DNA of 64,000 nucleotides, taken from contig CM120640.1 in NCBI GenBank assembly GCA_051362555.1, positions 56,708,788-56,772,787 of the forward strand, given 5' to 3'. The notes under the pieces were generated by a model. That model ran no database searches. It was not told the DNA's origin and saw only the letters and a list, made by a program, of their open reading frames with translations. The stretch comes from Lingula anatina. Taxonomy: Eukaryota > Animalia > Brachiopoda. A program made the position numbers and the translations under genes. This document shows positions 1-12,970 of the stretch, one piece after another (the first letter of the stretch is position 1; the number at the start of each line of letters is the position of its first letter).

Positions 1-3000
1 GGCTGTGAGAAAATGAACAGGGAGAAGCTTCCCTTCACTGTCTGTCAATGGCAAGTAAGCAGTTTGAGCATCCTCATTGGTATCTATATTAGCACCAGCT
101 CCTACGTTCTCATCTGTGTCTATCTCCATGGCAACTAAGGCAGAAAAATGCCCCCTGGTGTAGCCCAGAGCAATGGGTGTCTTCCAACAGAAACTCTGCT
201 CCCACAACAGAGGCAGGTACACACCTAGAACATGATATAAAAATTCAATTTTACGTCACAAAGAAAATATGCATGATATGTACATTTGAAAAAACTTGAC
301 ATGGAATTTTAAGTCACTTATGCTTTCTAAAAGTCTTCAAACTGTCCCAGTGATATGGTACAAAATGCAAGAGTCAAATGAAGACTTAAATGAAAATAAG
401 TGTACAAACAAACACAGGAATTATTCTTCACATGAGATGCATTTACCTTGAAATCTTGCAATTCCAATATTTTCTCCTCTAAAATTCTTGACAAATTTAA
501 CTCCATAAACAATTATAGGTCTCCTTAGGATATGTGCCACTGCAAAAATATGGATCTGTTCCAGCGCAGCTCCTAAAGGATAAGAATACATATAAATTGT
601 TATAGTAAGAAGATAACGCTTTTTTAAATGTCTACAACTCAAATTTGAAATCATCCTGGCAATAGTCTTCATTGTGAAACATTCTTTCAAGATATTCTAA
701 CCTGCTTTTTTCCCATGCTTTAGAATTGACTTTAAGAGTCAGTATAATATCACAACAAAAACTTACCTGGTTGGCCAGCTAGACTGAGAAGTATGGCCCA
801 GTCTTGCTGCCACTGGTTCTCCTCTAGACTGAACTGCATGGTCTGGGCCTGTACAGACTCATACTCTTTCCATCTTGGATAGAATCTACAAACAGCAAGG
901 TCATCCTTACAGATTACCAGATTTCCCAATGATATCATATGAAAACTTAATTTTCAACATATAAACACCTAAGATGATTATTAATTTCCCTTGATTTTAA
1001 AAGTGATTTTCTCAAGAGAACAAAAAAAAATTTTTTTTTAAATATTGTTCATTTGAATGTTGTGTATTTTAGCACAACAATCCTGTATTCCTGCTACAAA
1101 TACAATAATAATAATAATAAACAATACTTGTATTTCCAAATATTCTTGACACAGGAAGGGTTAGAGTGTAGAGGTCACTCACGTGCAAGCTCCCTCAGTC
1201 AAGCTGTCTGACATGGCCCTCCGTAATGTGTTGTCCCTGTCAAAAATTCCCCAAGTGGACTGGAGCACTGAGTCTAGGAGGCAGTCCCCAGCTGTACGGT
1301 TCCACAGAGCATACAACCTACTGCCAAGCCTCTCTGTAATCTCATGGCTCCAATTGATGATTTGCTCTTCTACTTCCAATTCTACAACATATGGTATAAA
1401 TGTGTGAAAAACAACTAGTATATGCAATTACACAAAGACATGATCAATTCTGCTTGGGTTTACTAAAACTACCCATAACATTTTAAAAGAGCTTTTGCAA
1501 TATAAAATTTGAAGTTTGTTGAACAATACCACTTCGCACAAAAGATAAATTAATACAATATGCCAACATGTAAAACTACTGCATGTGTTAGCAAGAGTTT
1601 GTAGTTTTGTGATTGGCAGATAAAAACATCCAATGAAGTTCAGTTTTAGGTCCATAAACTTTACTTTGTTACTACATTAACAAATGAATTGTAAATTGAA
1701 AATATTACAATGATATCTTTTCATGCCACTTGTCTTGTTAAAAATAAACAAGAAAGAAATAAAACCTTACAGGTCCATAAACTTTATGTTGTTATTACAT
1801 TAACAAATGAAATGCAAATTGACAAAATTACAATGATTTTTTTATGCTACTCATCTTGTTGAATATAAACAACAATGAAATAGAACCTAATGTGCAGCTT
1901 TTACACCTGGTGTTTACATTACCAATTACACTTGACATATTATACAGCATACCTAGCAGATTCTTTATTAGGGAAAAATCCATATTCTCGTCTTTATGTC
2001 AGTCATAGAAATCTCATTGATAATTTATCTGTTGTATATTTCACTGTGATTTATACATACATGGGCATCTGCCATGAACATATAATTCAGAACAGCAGTT
2101 ATATTTTGCTTTATGAGTGGATCATGTTACAACATTATATACCTGTTACATGAAATCACTGTAATGCCTAGACCAGCATCTTATAAACTTGTGGTTGTGA
2201 GCTTAACATGGCACTATAGCATTGATTCTTTACAGATTATTTTTCCTGTGAAGGTGAATAAAAAATATCAGACACTTTTTTCACCTCAACATTTGGCATA
2301 GGTTTAGACTATAAAATGAAAAAAATTTATGTCCTGATATCCCGCATTCATGTTGCTTCACAATACTCTAAAGGAAATATGAAACATGAAACCATCCTGT
2401 TTCAACAGGTTGTTTTCAAAATCTGCTGTTGCTGGTAATATAACCTTCCCACAGCTGGGGTGTAGAATGGTTTTCTTCAGCAAAATGAAATCCCTGTTTT
2501 ATTTGCATGCTTCACACAAAATTTTGGCCAGTGAAAATTGACACCCGTTTCTATGTCAGTGACAGTCACTGTTTCAGCTCAGATATGACTTATACTAAAT
2601 TTAACAAAAAAAAAAAAAAAAAAGTATGCCAGAATGAGTCCTGCATACACCAGACTTATAACAAATGAAGATAAACTGTACATGTAAATCACATCAGTGA
2701 TTTTGTAGAGCTAGGTTTGGGAAATCAATACTACAGTACGATTCTTATGGAAAGACATACATATCTGGTCAATTGAGGACATGTAACCTGGGGCCAGGAT
2801 GGAAGATGATAACATTAGCATGGAGGGCAATCTCATTTGTAATCCAGACTTAGAGAATGCCATTATAGCAGAGCAGGCAGTTCAACAAGCTTGATGAGCA
2901 AACCCAAAAGGTAGTTTGGCATACTTTTTAAATTTAGGAATTTCCCCAAAGCAGCCATGCCACTATATGCCTTAAAACAGATAGGCTTACCTTGTGTAGT

Positions 3001-3642
3001 TGGCTTTTTGTAAAACCTGACTCAAGGCTTTACTTTCACCTTGCTTTACAGCTGTTCACAACAAGGAAGTTTGAAATGTGTCTGACAACATTATGAAGCA
3101 GCCGACTTAAACAAAAAAGGCAAAACTTACACAAACCATACCTTTTTGAACATCTCTATCTAATAATTCATCAAACAACTGTTTTTGGACAGGCCTTGGA
3201 AGATCTTCAATGTCTAAAATGATAAAAAAAAAATACATGCTCAACATGGCAATCTTCAAAATCCAATCTTCACAATATCATCAATGTTAAAATCTAAGAA
3301 TGGATGCAATTTCTAATGCACTTTCTATATATTTTATAAATTTCATTATTATTTTTTTATTTATTTTCATTTATGTTAACACTACCACATATTCTCCAAA
3401 AACTATTTGCAACTCAGGGATATAAAAAATTAATAAATGGTCAGGTTAAAGCAAAAATTATTTTAAAATATCTAATTATTCAGAAATGTGAAAGGATCCA
3501 GATAATGTCTGTGGTAACTACTGTAACTGAATTTTAATTTCAATGTAAAACATTTGAATATTTCCACTTTATCTTGTATACTAGCTTAGGTACTGGTAAG
3601 CAGATTACCATGCAAAAAAGTAACAAGGTTACAACTTGGTTA

Positions 3643-3718
<76 letters not shown>

Positions 3719-6700
3719 CCTTTGCCCAGTGGGCACTGATATAGGATACATAACAGTTGGTCCTGAAATAGAACATACAGCACACAGGCATGCTGCAATT
3801 TTCCAATTTTTGGCCTCTCTCAACCTCCATCCCTTCAGCAGATTTGTCAACAATTGTGATCATTGGCTACATACTTCTTTCAAATATTTGCCTAAAAGTA
3901 TTTCATTTTTTTTCACAAATTTTCATTAAATTGCCTTAGAAAAATATACTAGTAATTTGACTAAAATACGAACCATCATATGGTGAGCTCAGCATCATAC
4001 TATGTTTCCTTTCATATTCCAATGTTTTCAGACTTCAGTGCATCCCACATATTATTAACTGCTTCATGCCGAGCAGTTATTTAAAAAATTTATTCAATTA
4101 GGTTTCTGTTTTTAGCCTTTCCTTCAGTCTACACAAACTAAATTGTATTGGTCAAACAGCCTTACTTTTATGTAATGAATTAAAATGTTTCGTGTTGAAA
4201 AGAATTATTTCAGGTACGAAATCAATAGAACTATTGTCCTGCTTAATTATCAGTAAGAATGCATGCCAAAATTATTTAGGGACATGGTGATTTAATTAAA
4301 TAAAGATTTATTTTTGACATTTTAACATATATCAGAGTTATTTCAGGTATTCAGTAGTTAAATCAGTTCATCCTCTATACTATCAATGCGTACAGATCTA
4401 TGGCTCAGTCATTTCAGGTAAGATATGCTGAGGTGAATGCATTCATCTGGACTATGGCCAAAACAACCAGGTTACTCAGCATACAAACTAGCGAACTTAC
4501 CCCATTCCTTTGACTCAGGAGAAATCATTTACTGCTGAATATAGCTCACTGGGATCATCACAAGATCCAACTCAATAGTCATTAGTGGTTTGGTTTGCAT
4601 TTATAATACACAGTATTATGAAATAAACAGTTAAAAAACTTATTAGGGATACCTTAAGGGTAAACTAACCCATAAGTAACAGAATGCACCTCTATGTTTA
4701 CAATTGGCCAATCCTTCTTGTGTTATTGTGTCATTAAGTACTCCAAACATTTTATGATAGTACTTGTTTCAGCTTATAAATCACTATTTTTATCCCAACA
4801 GAACAGACAAACAATCTCTGGTTTACTATAAGGACAAACATGTTTTCAACTTTTCCCACCATAGAGTAATTCCACAGGATTACCTAGTCTAAAACATCTT
4901 TTACCCTGGAAAACCTTCAGTGACATCTATTTATTCCATTTCAAGTAATCCGAAGTCAGTTACTACTACTCTATATATGTCTATTTTAATTGACATGCAC
5001 AAAAAACAAAGGGGTAATATTGTGAAATAGCCCAATAAGACCAGTTCAAGTTCAATAAGACTAAAATGTATGCAATGATCTATGAGGCCATTTAGAACAG
5101 ATCTGAGGATCTTATGTATTTCAGTTGATCTTGTATCAAATGAAATCCTGTACATTTCCAAATTAAGACAGTCATATTGTAGAGAGTAAAATATAACAAT
5201 TTTCTTTCTTATTGCCAAAGATGACACACACTGGGCACAATTTCATAGCAAATGGTATAAATGTATCCAGCCTGCATCTGGGGCAATTTTTACTCACTTT
5301 TAACTAGTAGCTTACCTGTTGAAGGCTTAGAAGATTGCCAAGCTAAAAGTCCAGATTATTTGTGGGAAACCGTGTGGGGAACTGAACAAATGTTCCTTAT
5401 ATGTAAACAATACAACACTGTAGTATAGGTACATGAGGTTTCATTATGCAGGGCCAGCTCTAACACAGATAATGTGCTCATGTTGTTTGGGTGTTCTGAC
5501 CACCTGAAATTGCCTGTAAACCACAGACTCGAGAATGGACAGAACTACTTAATAAGCTTTGTTCTTTTTTCATTTTTTTCATTTGTTCATCTTACAACTA
5601 CACACTTACATATACATGTTATCTGGTCATCTAATGCCAAACAATATTATATTTTGCAATCTAAAATATCCCTGTCTGAACTGTCCTGTCTGAATGAGGC
5701 CTCGCATATCATACAGTAAGACAGTAATCTTACCTGTAGGGAGTGCAAAGGTAGCGCACTCAGTGAGGAAGTAACAAGGAAAGTCTCCTTTCCTTTGACG
5801 GATGGAAGATGAAATCTCACGCAATATTTCTGCTGCCAGATCAGGACTGACATGTGAAGGCATGCGTTTAGCTGCTTTACTGGCTACATCTGTGCTGGTT
5901 AACAAAACTGCTAACATGTCCTCTCGTTGAAAACGTATGGCTAGATGAACGATAGTGTACCCTGGCACAAATGCACTAGGTCTATTTAGTATAGCCACCT
6001 CATCAGCTGTCAAATGTCTTGCAGGGTCACCCCCTGACTGAATAAAAGCCTCCACAGCCTGAGCATCTCCTTCTACAACACCAGAACAGGCATTCAGCCA
6101 CAACCAGTCACTCTCACACATGCGGTTCCTTATCTGCTTGAGACGCCTTCTTTCCTCTTTATTCTTTTCTTGATATATAGTGGGTGAAGGAGCTGAAGCA
6201 GAGGCTCCTCCTGAGGCCCCAGCTATCACCTCAGCACTACGAGCAGCAGGAGGAGAGCGAGGAGCACCTTTTGTGACTGCAGATATGCTACTTGTTAAAT
6301 TTGAACCACTACTAGAACAACTGGTACTACTGCTGCTGCTGCTATTTGTGTTCTTATTATCACAAGCAGCACTATTCTCCTGTATAGAAGGTGAGTCTAT
6401 GTGTCCATCCTCTGCACTTGCAGTCTCTGCTGCTGATGTACCTGAAGAAAAACGTCCGCGAGCTGTGCCACATATGACACACTTCTGTGAACGAGGCCAG
6501 TTCTCATATGTGCAAGCCTTGCAGCACCATTTTATCAATGCTGCAGCAACTGCTTTATTCCTGTCATTGTTATGCTCCTTTGTTGCCTCTGGTGAGCTTG
6601 GTGAGTTCCGTCTGGCAGCATATCGAGATCCTGAGGGTTCTGATATATTTACATTTATACTAAGAGGTTTGGTAAAACTATGAGTAGGAGAAGTTGGGGA

Positions 6701-7015
6701 TGGAGACTTGAGTCTTGGGGTAAGACACTGTGTACATTTAATGGCTCTAGGCCAGTTGAGATAGGTACAAACATGGCAGGACCATTTTTTTCCAATGTCT
6801 GAAGAGGTCACCCCTGAGGTACTACTACCACTGCTTATGTTCCCATTGTCCACATCTTGGCAAATCAAGGGAGCCATTTTGTAGATATCTTGTTCCACTG
6901 TCTCATCATTGATGAGCTGTGGTGGGCGCAAAGCACGGCACAGAGTACAGCGTTTAGTAGCTGGGAAGTTTTCATAGGTACAATATTCGCATGACCACTT
7001 CCTCCCCTCATTCAT
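1..7015 (-). CDS. ZRANB1: Ubiquitin thioesterase ZRANB1/Trabid (3 NZF zinc fingers, AnkUBD, OTU domain); 3' end lies beyond the window
   Basis: Coding exons on the minus strand: 7015-5734, 3213-3142, 1381-1183, 885-767, 572-447, 224-<1. All are GT-AG and in phase. Three WxCxxCTYxN..CxxC NZF fingers; LWLNACSGVVEGD ankyrin-like UBD; DIEDLP..QLFDELLDRDVQKELE; catalytic RTAGDCLLDS and LGYTRGHFSALV motifs are intact. Confidence 0.97.
1648..1890. repeat. Diverged tandem duplication, ~123-bp unit x2, in a ZRANB1 intron
   Basis: aggtccataaacttta...aaataaaacctta repeats at 1648 and 1771 with substitutions. Confidence 0.8.
3645..3716. repeat. (AT)n microsatellite
   Basis: Uninterrupted AT dinucleotide run; source of the spurious IYIYIY ORFs. 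Confidence 0.98.
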
Positions 7016-9289
7016 GATGGAAGGCTTTGGGTACCAAACAAAATTGTTCTCCTAAAATAGTAAGGAAAACTATTAGTGACAGTCATAAACATAAAAAACT
7101 TGCATATAACTGAAACTGACATTTGGTATTATACTTTGCATTAACGAATATGACAAAATCAATGTGAGCAAAAATAACAAATGCAGAGTACAAAATACTA
7201 TAAAAATTTGTTACTGGCAAAATACTAAGGGCACTTAAAGGTACATACGAACTGAGCATCGGTGGAGCGTGGATTCCCAGTAACACATGTAAACCACTTC
7301 TATTAGATTCTTATATGACTCAAATAAATTCCACATGCCAAGGGATAAACTGAATAGATCACTCAATCTGCCATAAAAGACCTTTAGACTGCTCCTTTCT
7401 TTAAATTTTTGGTTGTAAATTTAACCTACTTCGGTGACCTACTTTCCTGCCCCATTGACATACAGCTTAGAATGCCAGCAGAAAAATCTGTTCAAACATC
7501 ATTTTCAGGTAATATTAAAAAATGCCTTTTGGTAATTCTCTTAGTTATACTACTTGAAACTATATGCTGGCATTTATTTGGTTTTTGTGACAAAAAATTG
7601 ACTTTGTATGCATCTTTAAAATGTTTACAAACAGTAATGTGAGACTTATAAACCTTACCTGGGGAAACGCTAACACTCGCCAATTTAGCCAAATGCTAAA
7701 AACTGACATAAATTGGCTAAACAGAAAGGGCTTGATTTGACTTGTTTTAGTCAAATTATAACCATTTGGATAACAAACTGACAAAAAAATGGTGATTTGA
7801 CTAAGCGTATCATGACCAATCAGTTTACTGCTTTGTTTGACAAAGGGTATTGATGAACAATTTAGAAAAAATTAAAAAAATATGTACAAACTGCATTTTG
7901 TTATTAGCTGCATAACTTCTCTGTAATCTGAATACTTATACCAAAAGCAATTCAGATTTAGTTTAATGAATTATTGATTTAAGAATTATGGGTACCATAA
8001 TAGTGTAATTTTCATACAAGTACCTACTTGTAAATGGTTCATTTGTCACAAAACATCATCCTATTTAACAAATATGTTGTCAAGCATCATTTGGAAAAAG
8101 TCCACTGAGACCAGTACTTACAGATCCTAATATGGAAACTCACCCATGCTGATATTCCCTAGAGCACAACTCATCATAAAAAATATTGAACCTAAAGATT
8201 AAGGCTTTTCTTCAAGATAAAGTGAATATTCAAGTGAGGGTTAGCCTTTCCTTACTTAGTACCTAATACATACTATTACTATTTGGAATTGCATACATAT
8301 AAAATCAAATATGTACCAGATTATAATTGTGTGATATAATGAGAATCTGAGAAAGCACCATTCTTTGTTGAATAAAGGTATGATACTATTAAAAGCTAAA
8401 ATACTGTGATGTACAAATCAATAACAGACTGATAAAAATAATTATGCTCGTTTTCTTTAGTCAAAGTAACTTATATGTTACTGAACTGTCAGCATTTTAG
8501 TTATGAACCATATAAATAGCAATACAGTTTTATCTCCATCCCTGCTGATATATCATATTTCTCATATATACATACAACTTACAAGCATTTCCATTACCCA
8601 TATAATAAGTTTCCATACCTCATAATCATAATACACCATAGTAACTTAAAGCATCTATTCATCTTAAAAAGAATTGGGATATAATATTATATTGCTGTAC
8701 TTGATGCCCATTGCATTAAAATGGGTTCTTACTTGACAAACTAGAGCCAATTTAGATACTTTGATCACTTCCTGATAACTATTCTGGATTTCTGGTACTG
8801 TTTGTCCCTTCTCTGGCAGCGATACTGCATGATTGACCTTTAAACAACCTTACCGTGAAAAATTGGGGAATAGACCCTTTAAAGTGCTACTGATTTCAAA
8901 TCATTAACACGTGTCCCTCTGCAATGATTGGGGGGAATCTAATTTTGTTATAAAAAAGAGACATTCTCAACTTATTACTTTCTTGAAAAGCACATCCGAC
9001 AAACATTACAGGAATCTTTCAAGGATTTATGAATAATAAATATATCCATGCTTACCATGATCTTATATTAAACAGTGGTGCTTTTCCACAGTAATAAACA
9101 AATCCTTGTATTCCGTAAGTAAACACCATCAAAAGTATGCATGGCGTCTTGATATCACTTGTACTTGACTGTCGAGACGAGCTTTCTGCTCAGCTGACAG
9201 ATGAAAACAGATAATGATGTACCTCGAAATGTAATGGCCCCATATCAACCACACCTAAACCCACCACTAACTAAATTTAAAACGACCTA

Positions 9290-9650
9290 CCTTAAAGAAT
9301 CAATATTATAAGCAGGTTGAAGTTAACCCCGACGAGTATTTTAGAACCAAAACAAACTCAGAACATGGTGTAGAAATGCAAACAAAAGGTTCGTGACGTC
9401 ATTAACGGAAGTGGTAACGTAAGATGGATGATAGCCCACGCAAAAAGATGAAGTTGCGTATTTTCATACGATGCCACATATTGTGCTTTACTTATAAGTG
9501 CGCATATTTTGTAGTGACACTCCTTAACTTTACTGTGATATGTTTATATAATGTGCAGAACATGTGTTACCTAGGGTATTTTAATAATTAAAATGCTATC
9601 GTCTTTACGGTGCGCCTTGCAGTAGTTGTGAAAAGTGAGATCTAACGAAA
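9290..9650. promoter_or_regulatory. Putative bidirectional promoter between ZRANB1 and the PEBP gene
   Basis: CpG-enriched patch in AT-rich DNA. Full CRE TGACGTCA at 9394-9401 and ETS/GABP-type CGGAAGTG at 9406-9413. Candidate minus-strand donor at 9289-9290 for a non-coding ZRANB1 first exon. PEBP ATG at 9653. Confidence 0.6.
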
Positions 9651-9652
9651 GC

Positions 9653-11886
9653 ATGGACAGTTTTGGAAAAGACGGAGTAGTCCCTGACGTAATTGATGCT
9701 GCACCAACCTCTCTTTTGCAAGTACGACAATTATTCTTAAAGATACATATAAAACATGACATGGGCTTATTTTATGTCCATGACACACATACTGACAGAC
9801 AAAGCAAAACATCCTAACTTCCAATTTACTCATTGAGTACAGTACGTGTATACTTACCGACTTCCTAAAACACATACGTGTACTTGATACATGTACTTTC
9901 GCTTCATGCTCACAAGAGAGGCCCACAATGTTTTTTTTTTCTATCTGCGGTGTTGAGATAATCGTTTTTCTAATACTTTACAGCTGACCTACTCTTTTGG
10001 AGATGTTCAGCCAGGAATGATCTTGACACCAACCCAGGTATTACATGTATAATTTATAAACATAATATCCACCCCAGTGTTTACAATGCAGTTATACAGA
10101 GCATTTTTTGTAATTTCATTTATTAATTTATTTTCTGTTAATTAACTTATTTATTTTGTCTTTAACTTTTGCATTTAAGCAAGTATCTGCACTGTTTAGA
10201 AGCAGAAACAGCTTGTTGATATACAATGTACAGTACATTTATGTGGCTCATTTAGTTTATATATAATATAAAGCATACATATTTAATGTTCCTAGAAGAA
10301 GAAATGTATTCATATTGTATATTTGCAGGTAAAAGATCAGCCTGCTGTGAAATGGAATGGTGATGATGGAGCATATTATACACTAATTATGAATGGTACC
10401 TACATGTAGGCTTGTAATTATAACAAATAATATGTGGAGGGAAGGAGTCTACCTAAAATGCACAATACAGAGCAATTCACTAGAAAATACTACTCCGGAC
10501 CCGAGTGAACACAGGAAAGGTCATTCCCAAGAAAGTAGGGTGATATAAGAGCAAATTTTAATACTAGTTGCCTCGGACATTATTTTCTATATTGCATTGC
10601 GCTGTCTGCAGTGTATTGTGCATTTAATGAACACCAGAGGGAAGCATTTAACTGTTGGATTTGATGCAATTACACTTGGATCTCTGTGAAAAATTATATA
10701 TTAACATCTGGAAAGACAAAAGAAGGCTATTTCTCTCGTATGTCAAATATTTGGAAGTTTTGCTTGATAGCAAAACATAATATAATGTCAACTAATATTA
10801 TTAAATGTTCATCTTTTTTGGCTAAATATGATTTTGTTAAACAATATGTTGTTAAAGCTTAAACAACAACTGACAGGCCCATAGCCAGCAATTTCAAAGG
10901 GGGAAAAAGTGGACCTTTTACCATAAAATCCTCAAGTACATAGTTCAAATTTTACCCAGAGTGGACCTTTTCCTAGCAAAAAGGGTGGTTCTTTCGAACC
11001 CTTGAACCCCCCCCCCCCCCCCCCCCCCGGCTACAGGCTTGACTGAACATGTTAAGTTACACATATAAAAAGTTGATTTCACATACAATGTGATTTATAT
11101 AAAACATGTATGGTTATGCCAGAGATTTGAATTCATTTTTACCTCACTTTGTAGACCCAGATGCCCCATGTAGGGAGAATCCAAAGTTTGGGGAATGGCA
11201 TCACTGGCTGATTACCAATATCCCAGGCAATAGTGTCAGCCAGGGAGATGTCATGTCAGAGTATGTTGGAGCTGGCCCCCCTAAAGATACAGGTGCAGCA
11301 TATTTTACTTGCCTTTATCAATGGTCTTAAGCTAGGATGTGGCTGTTTGAAGTATTTGAATCATTACTAGAAAAACAAATATTTAAATAAATTTAAATGT
11401 TTGAATCAGTCTGAAGCACTTGTTATAAAGTGGACCAGATAGTCACATGTGGTCAGAAGGGGGCTAATGCATTGGCTGAAAAATTATAATTCTCATACCC
11501 TTCAGTGTTCCCATTGCACAGGTCGAACTACAGTACTAGTAGATTGTTTGCATTGCCTTTGGTAATTAAACAGAGGTCTAGGTGTGTGACATGTAACCAA
11601 TGCACTTCATGTACATGTATATTTCATATTGTTCTCTTCCCATAAAGAAAAACTTGTATTTTCAGGGTTGCATCGCTATGTCTTCTTGTTGTTTAAACAG
11701 TCTGGAGGGAAACAGACATTTGAGGGTCTTCACAAGCTCACCAATCGATCTGGCAACAACAGAAAATCCTGGAAGGTGCGAGATTTTGCCAAGAAATATA
11801 ACTTGCAGTTGTTAGCTGGGAACTTCTTCCAGGCACAATTTGATGATTATGTACCCAAGTTACATCAGCAGCTATCTGGAAAATGA
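9653..11886 (+). CDS. PEBP1: Phosphatidylethanolamine-binding protein (PEBP/RKIP family), 182 aa
   Basis: Exons 9653-9721, 9984-10037, 10329-10395, 11155-11292, 11666-11886 (549 nt, in phase). Motifs [74 protein letters not shown]. The family is certain; exact orthology to vertebrate PEBP1 was not tested. Confidence 0.95.
10874..11041. mobile_element. Non-autonomous TIR element (hAT-like, 5-bp TSD) in a PEBP intron
   Basis: Termini caggcccatagccag ... ccggctacaggcttg are imperfect inverted repeats, flanked by ACTGA at 10869-10873 and 11042-11046; internal poly-C. Confidence 0.7.
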
Positions 11887-12292
11887 TGTGAACATCATCT
11901 TGAAAAGAACATACTGTAGAAGAGCACTGATCATAAATGTAATTGAAAAAGGGTCTGTTGTTTATTTGATAAGATGGATTAAAATTAGAGTGTGAATTTT
12001 ATGAACATCTGCTTAGTTTATACATTAAAGTTTAAACTTTAAAAGATTGGAGATGCTTTATAATTTGTTTTCTTTGATGTTTGTGCTTTTGATAGATGCA
12101 TTAATGTGTATACATTTTGCTTTAATTTGAACAAATTAATAATTTCATTATTTGTTTTAAATTTGTCCATTCCTATCTAGAATGTTTTGTTACTATTGAA
12201 AGGTTGGAGGATGTAATGTTTGTGTAGAACTGTGGTAAAATCACCACAAAGCAAAATGAAAGATGATATTTTCCATAAATCAGGGCATGGTT

Positions 12293-12553
12293 CCCATGTG
12301 AAAATTTGTCTCATTTAACGTTCCCTTACGGCTCTCAGTCTATTCTAGAACATTTGGCTTTTTTTTTTTTTTTTTTTTTTTAGTTCTAATGTTGTTCTGT
12401 AATTAATATAACAGTTCCTTAACTGTTTTTGGGAAGTCCTTCAGTATGTCCTAGAACAGATTAAGAACATTTTTCATTAAAAGAGAAAAATGTTCTAGGA
12501 CAGCTAATTGAGAGCCATAAGTGATCCTTAAATGAGACAAATTTTTGCAGGGG
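12293..12553. mobile_element. Fold-back MITE with CCC...GGG termini and TT TSD (CMC/EnSpm-like)
   Basis: ccc...aaaatttgtctcatttaa...ggctctca...ctagaacattt pairs with aaatgttctag...tgagagcc...ttaaatgagacaaattttt...ggg; TT on both flanks. Confidence 0.75.
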
Positions 12554-12970
12554 TTGTTTTCTGCATTTATATTCTGAGTTTGATATTAATGTGTAAGGCA
12601 AAAGTCTGCAGAGTTTTCATACTGTTTTAAATGTTTAACAGATTTTTGAAAATATTCAAGTCATTGTATTTGATTTTGTTGTTGTCATTCCCATATGTAT
12701 TGCTTGAATTATTGATGTATTGTCTTGGTCTTTAACACCAACTGTTGCTCCTGCCAAGTATATGTGGAAACATCTGCTTGTTGACTAAAGTGGAATCCAG
12801 CCTTTGAAAAAATAAAGGACTAGAAGTCTATTGAATGCATTTTCTCTTTAATTGCGAGTATGCCTAACTATACTGAGGAAAATTAACCGATTGTGAGCCA
12901 TGAACTCCCCTTCCATTGATTATTCTTCCATCTTCTTGTCCCTGAAGTTCGGAACTGAAAAGGCACCGTG

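Noticed and set aside
3540-3929. ORFs with IYIYIY runs on both strands
   Set aside because: Translations of the (AT)n microsatellite.
6180-6683. 167-aa plus-strand ORF with a hydrophobic stretch
   Set aside because: Antisense shadow of the Ser/Ala-rich ZRANB1 exon; no independent splice or start evidence.
9593-9652. In-frame upstream ATG that might add a targeting peptide to PEBP
   Set aside because: In-frame TAG and TGA intervene before the 9653 ATG.
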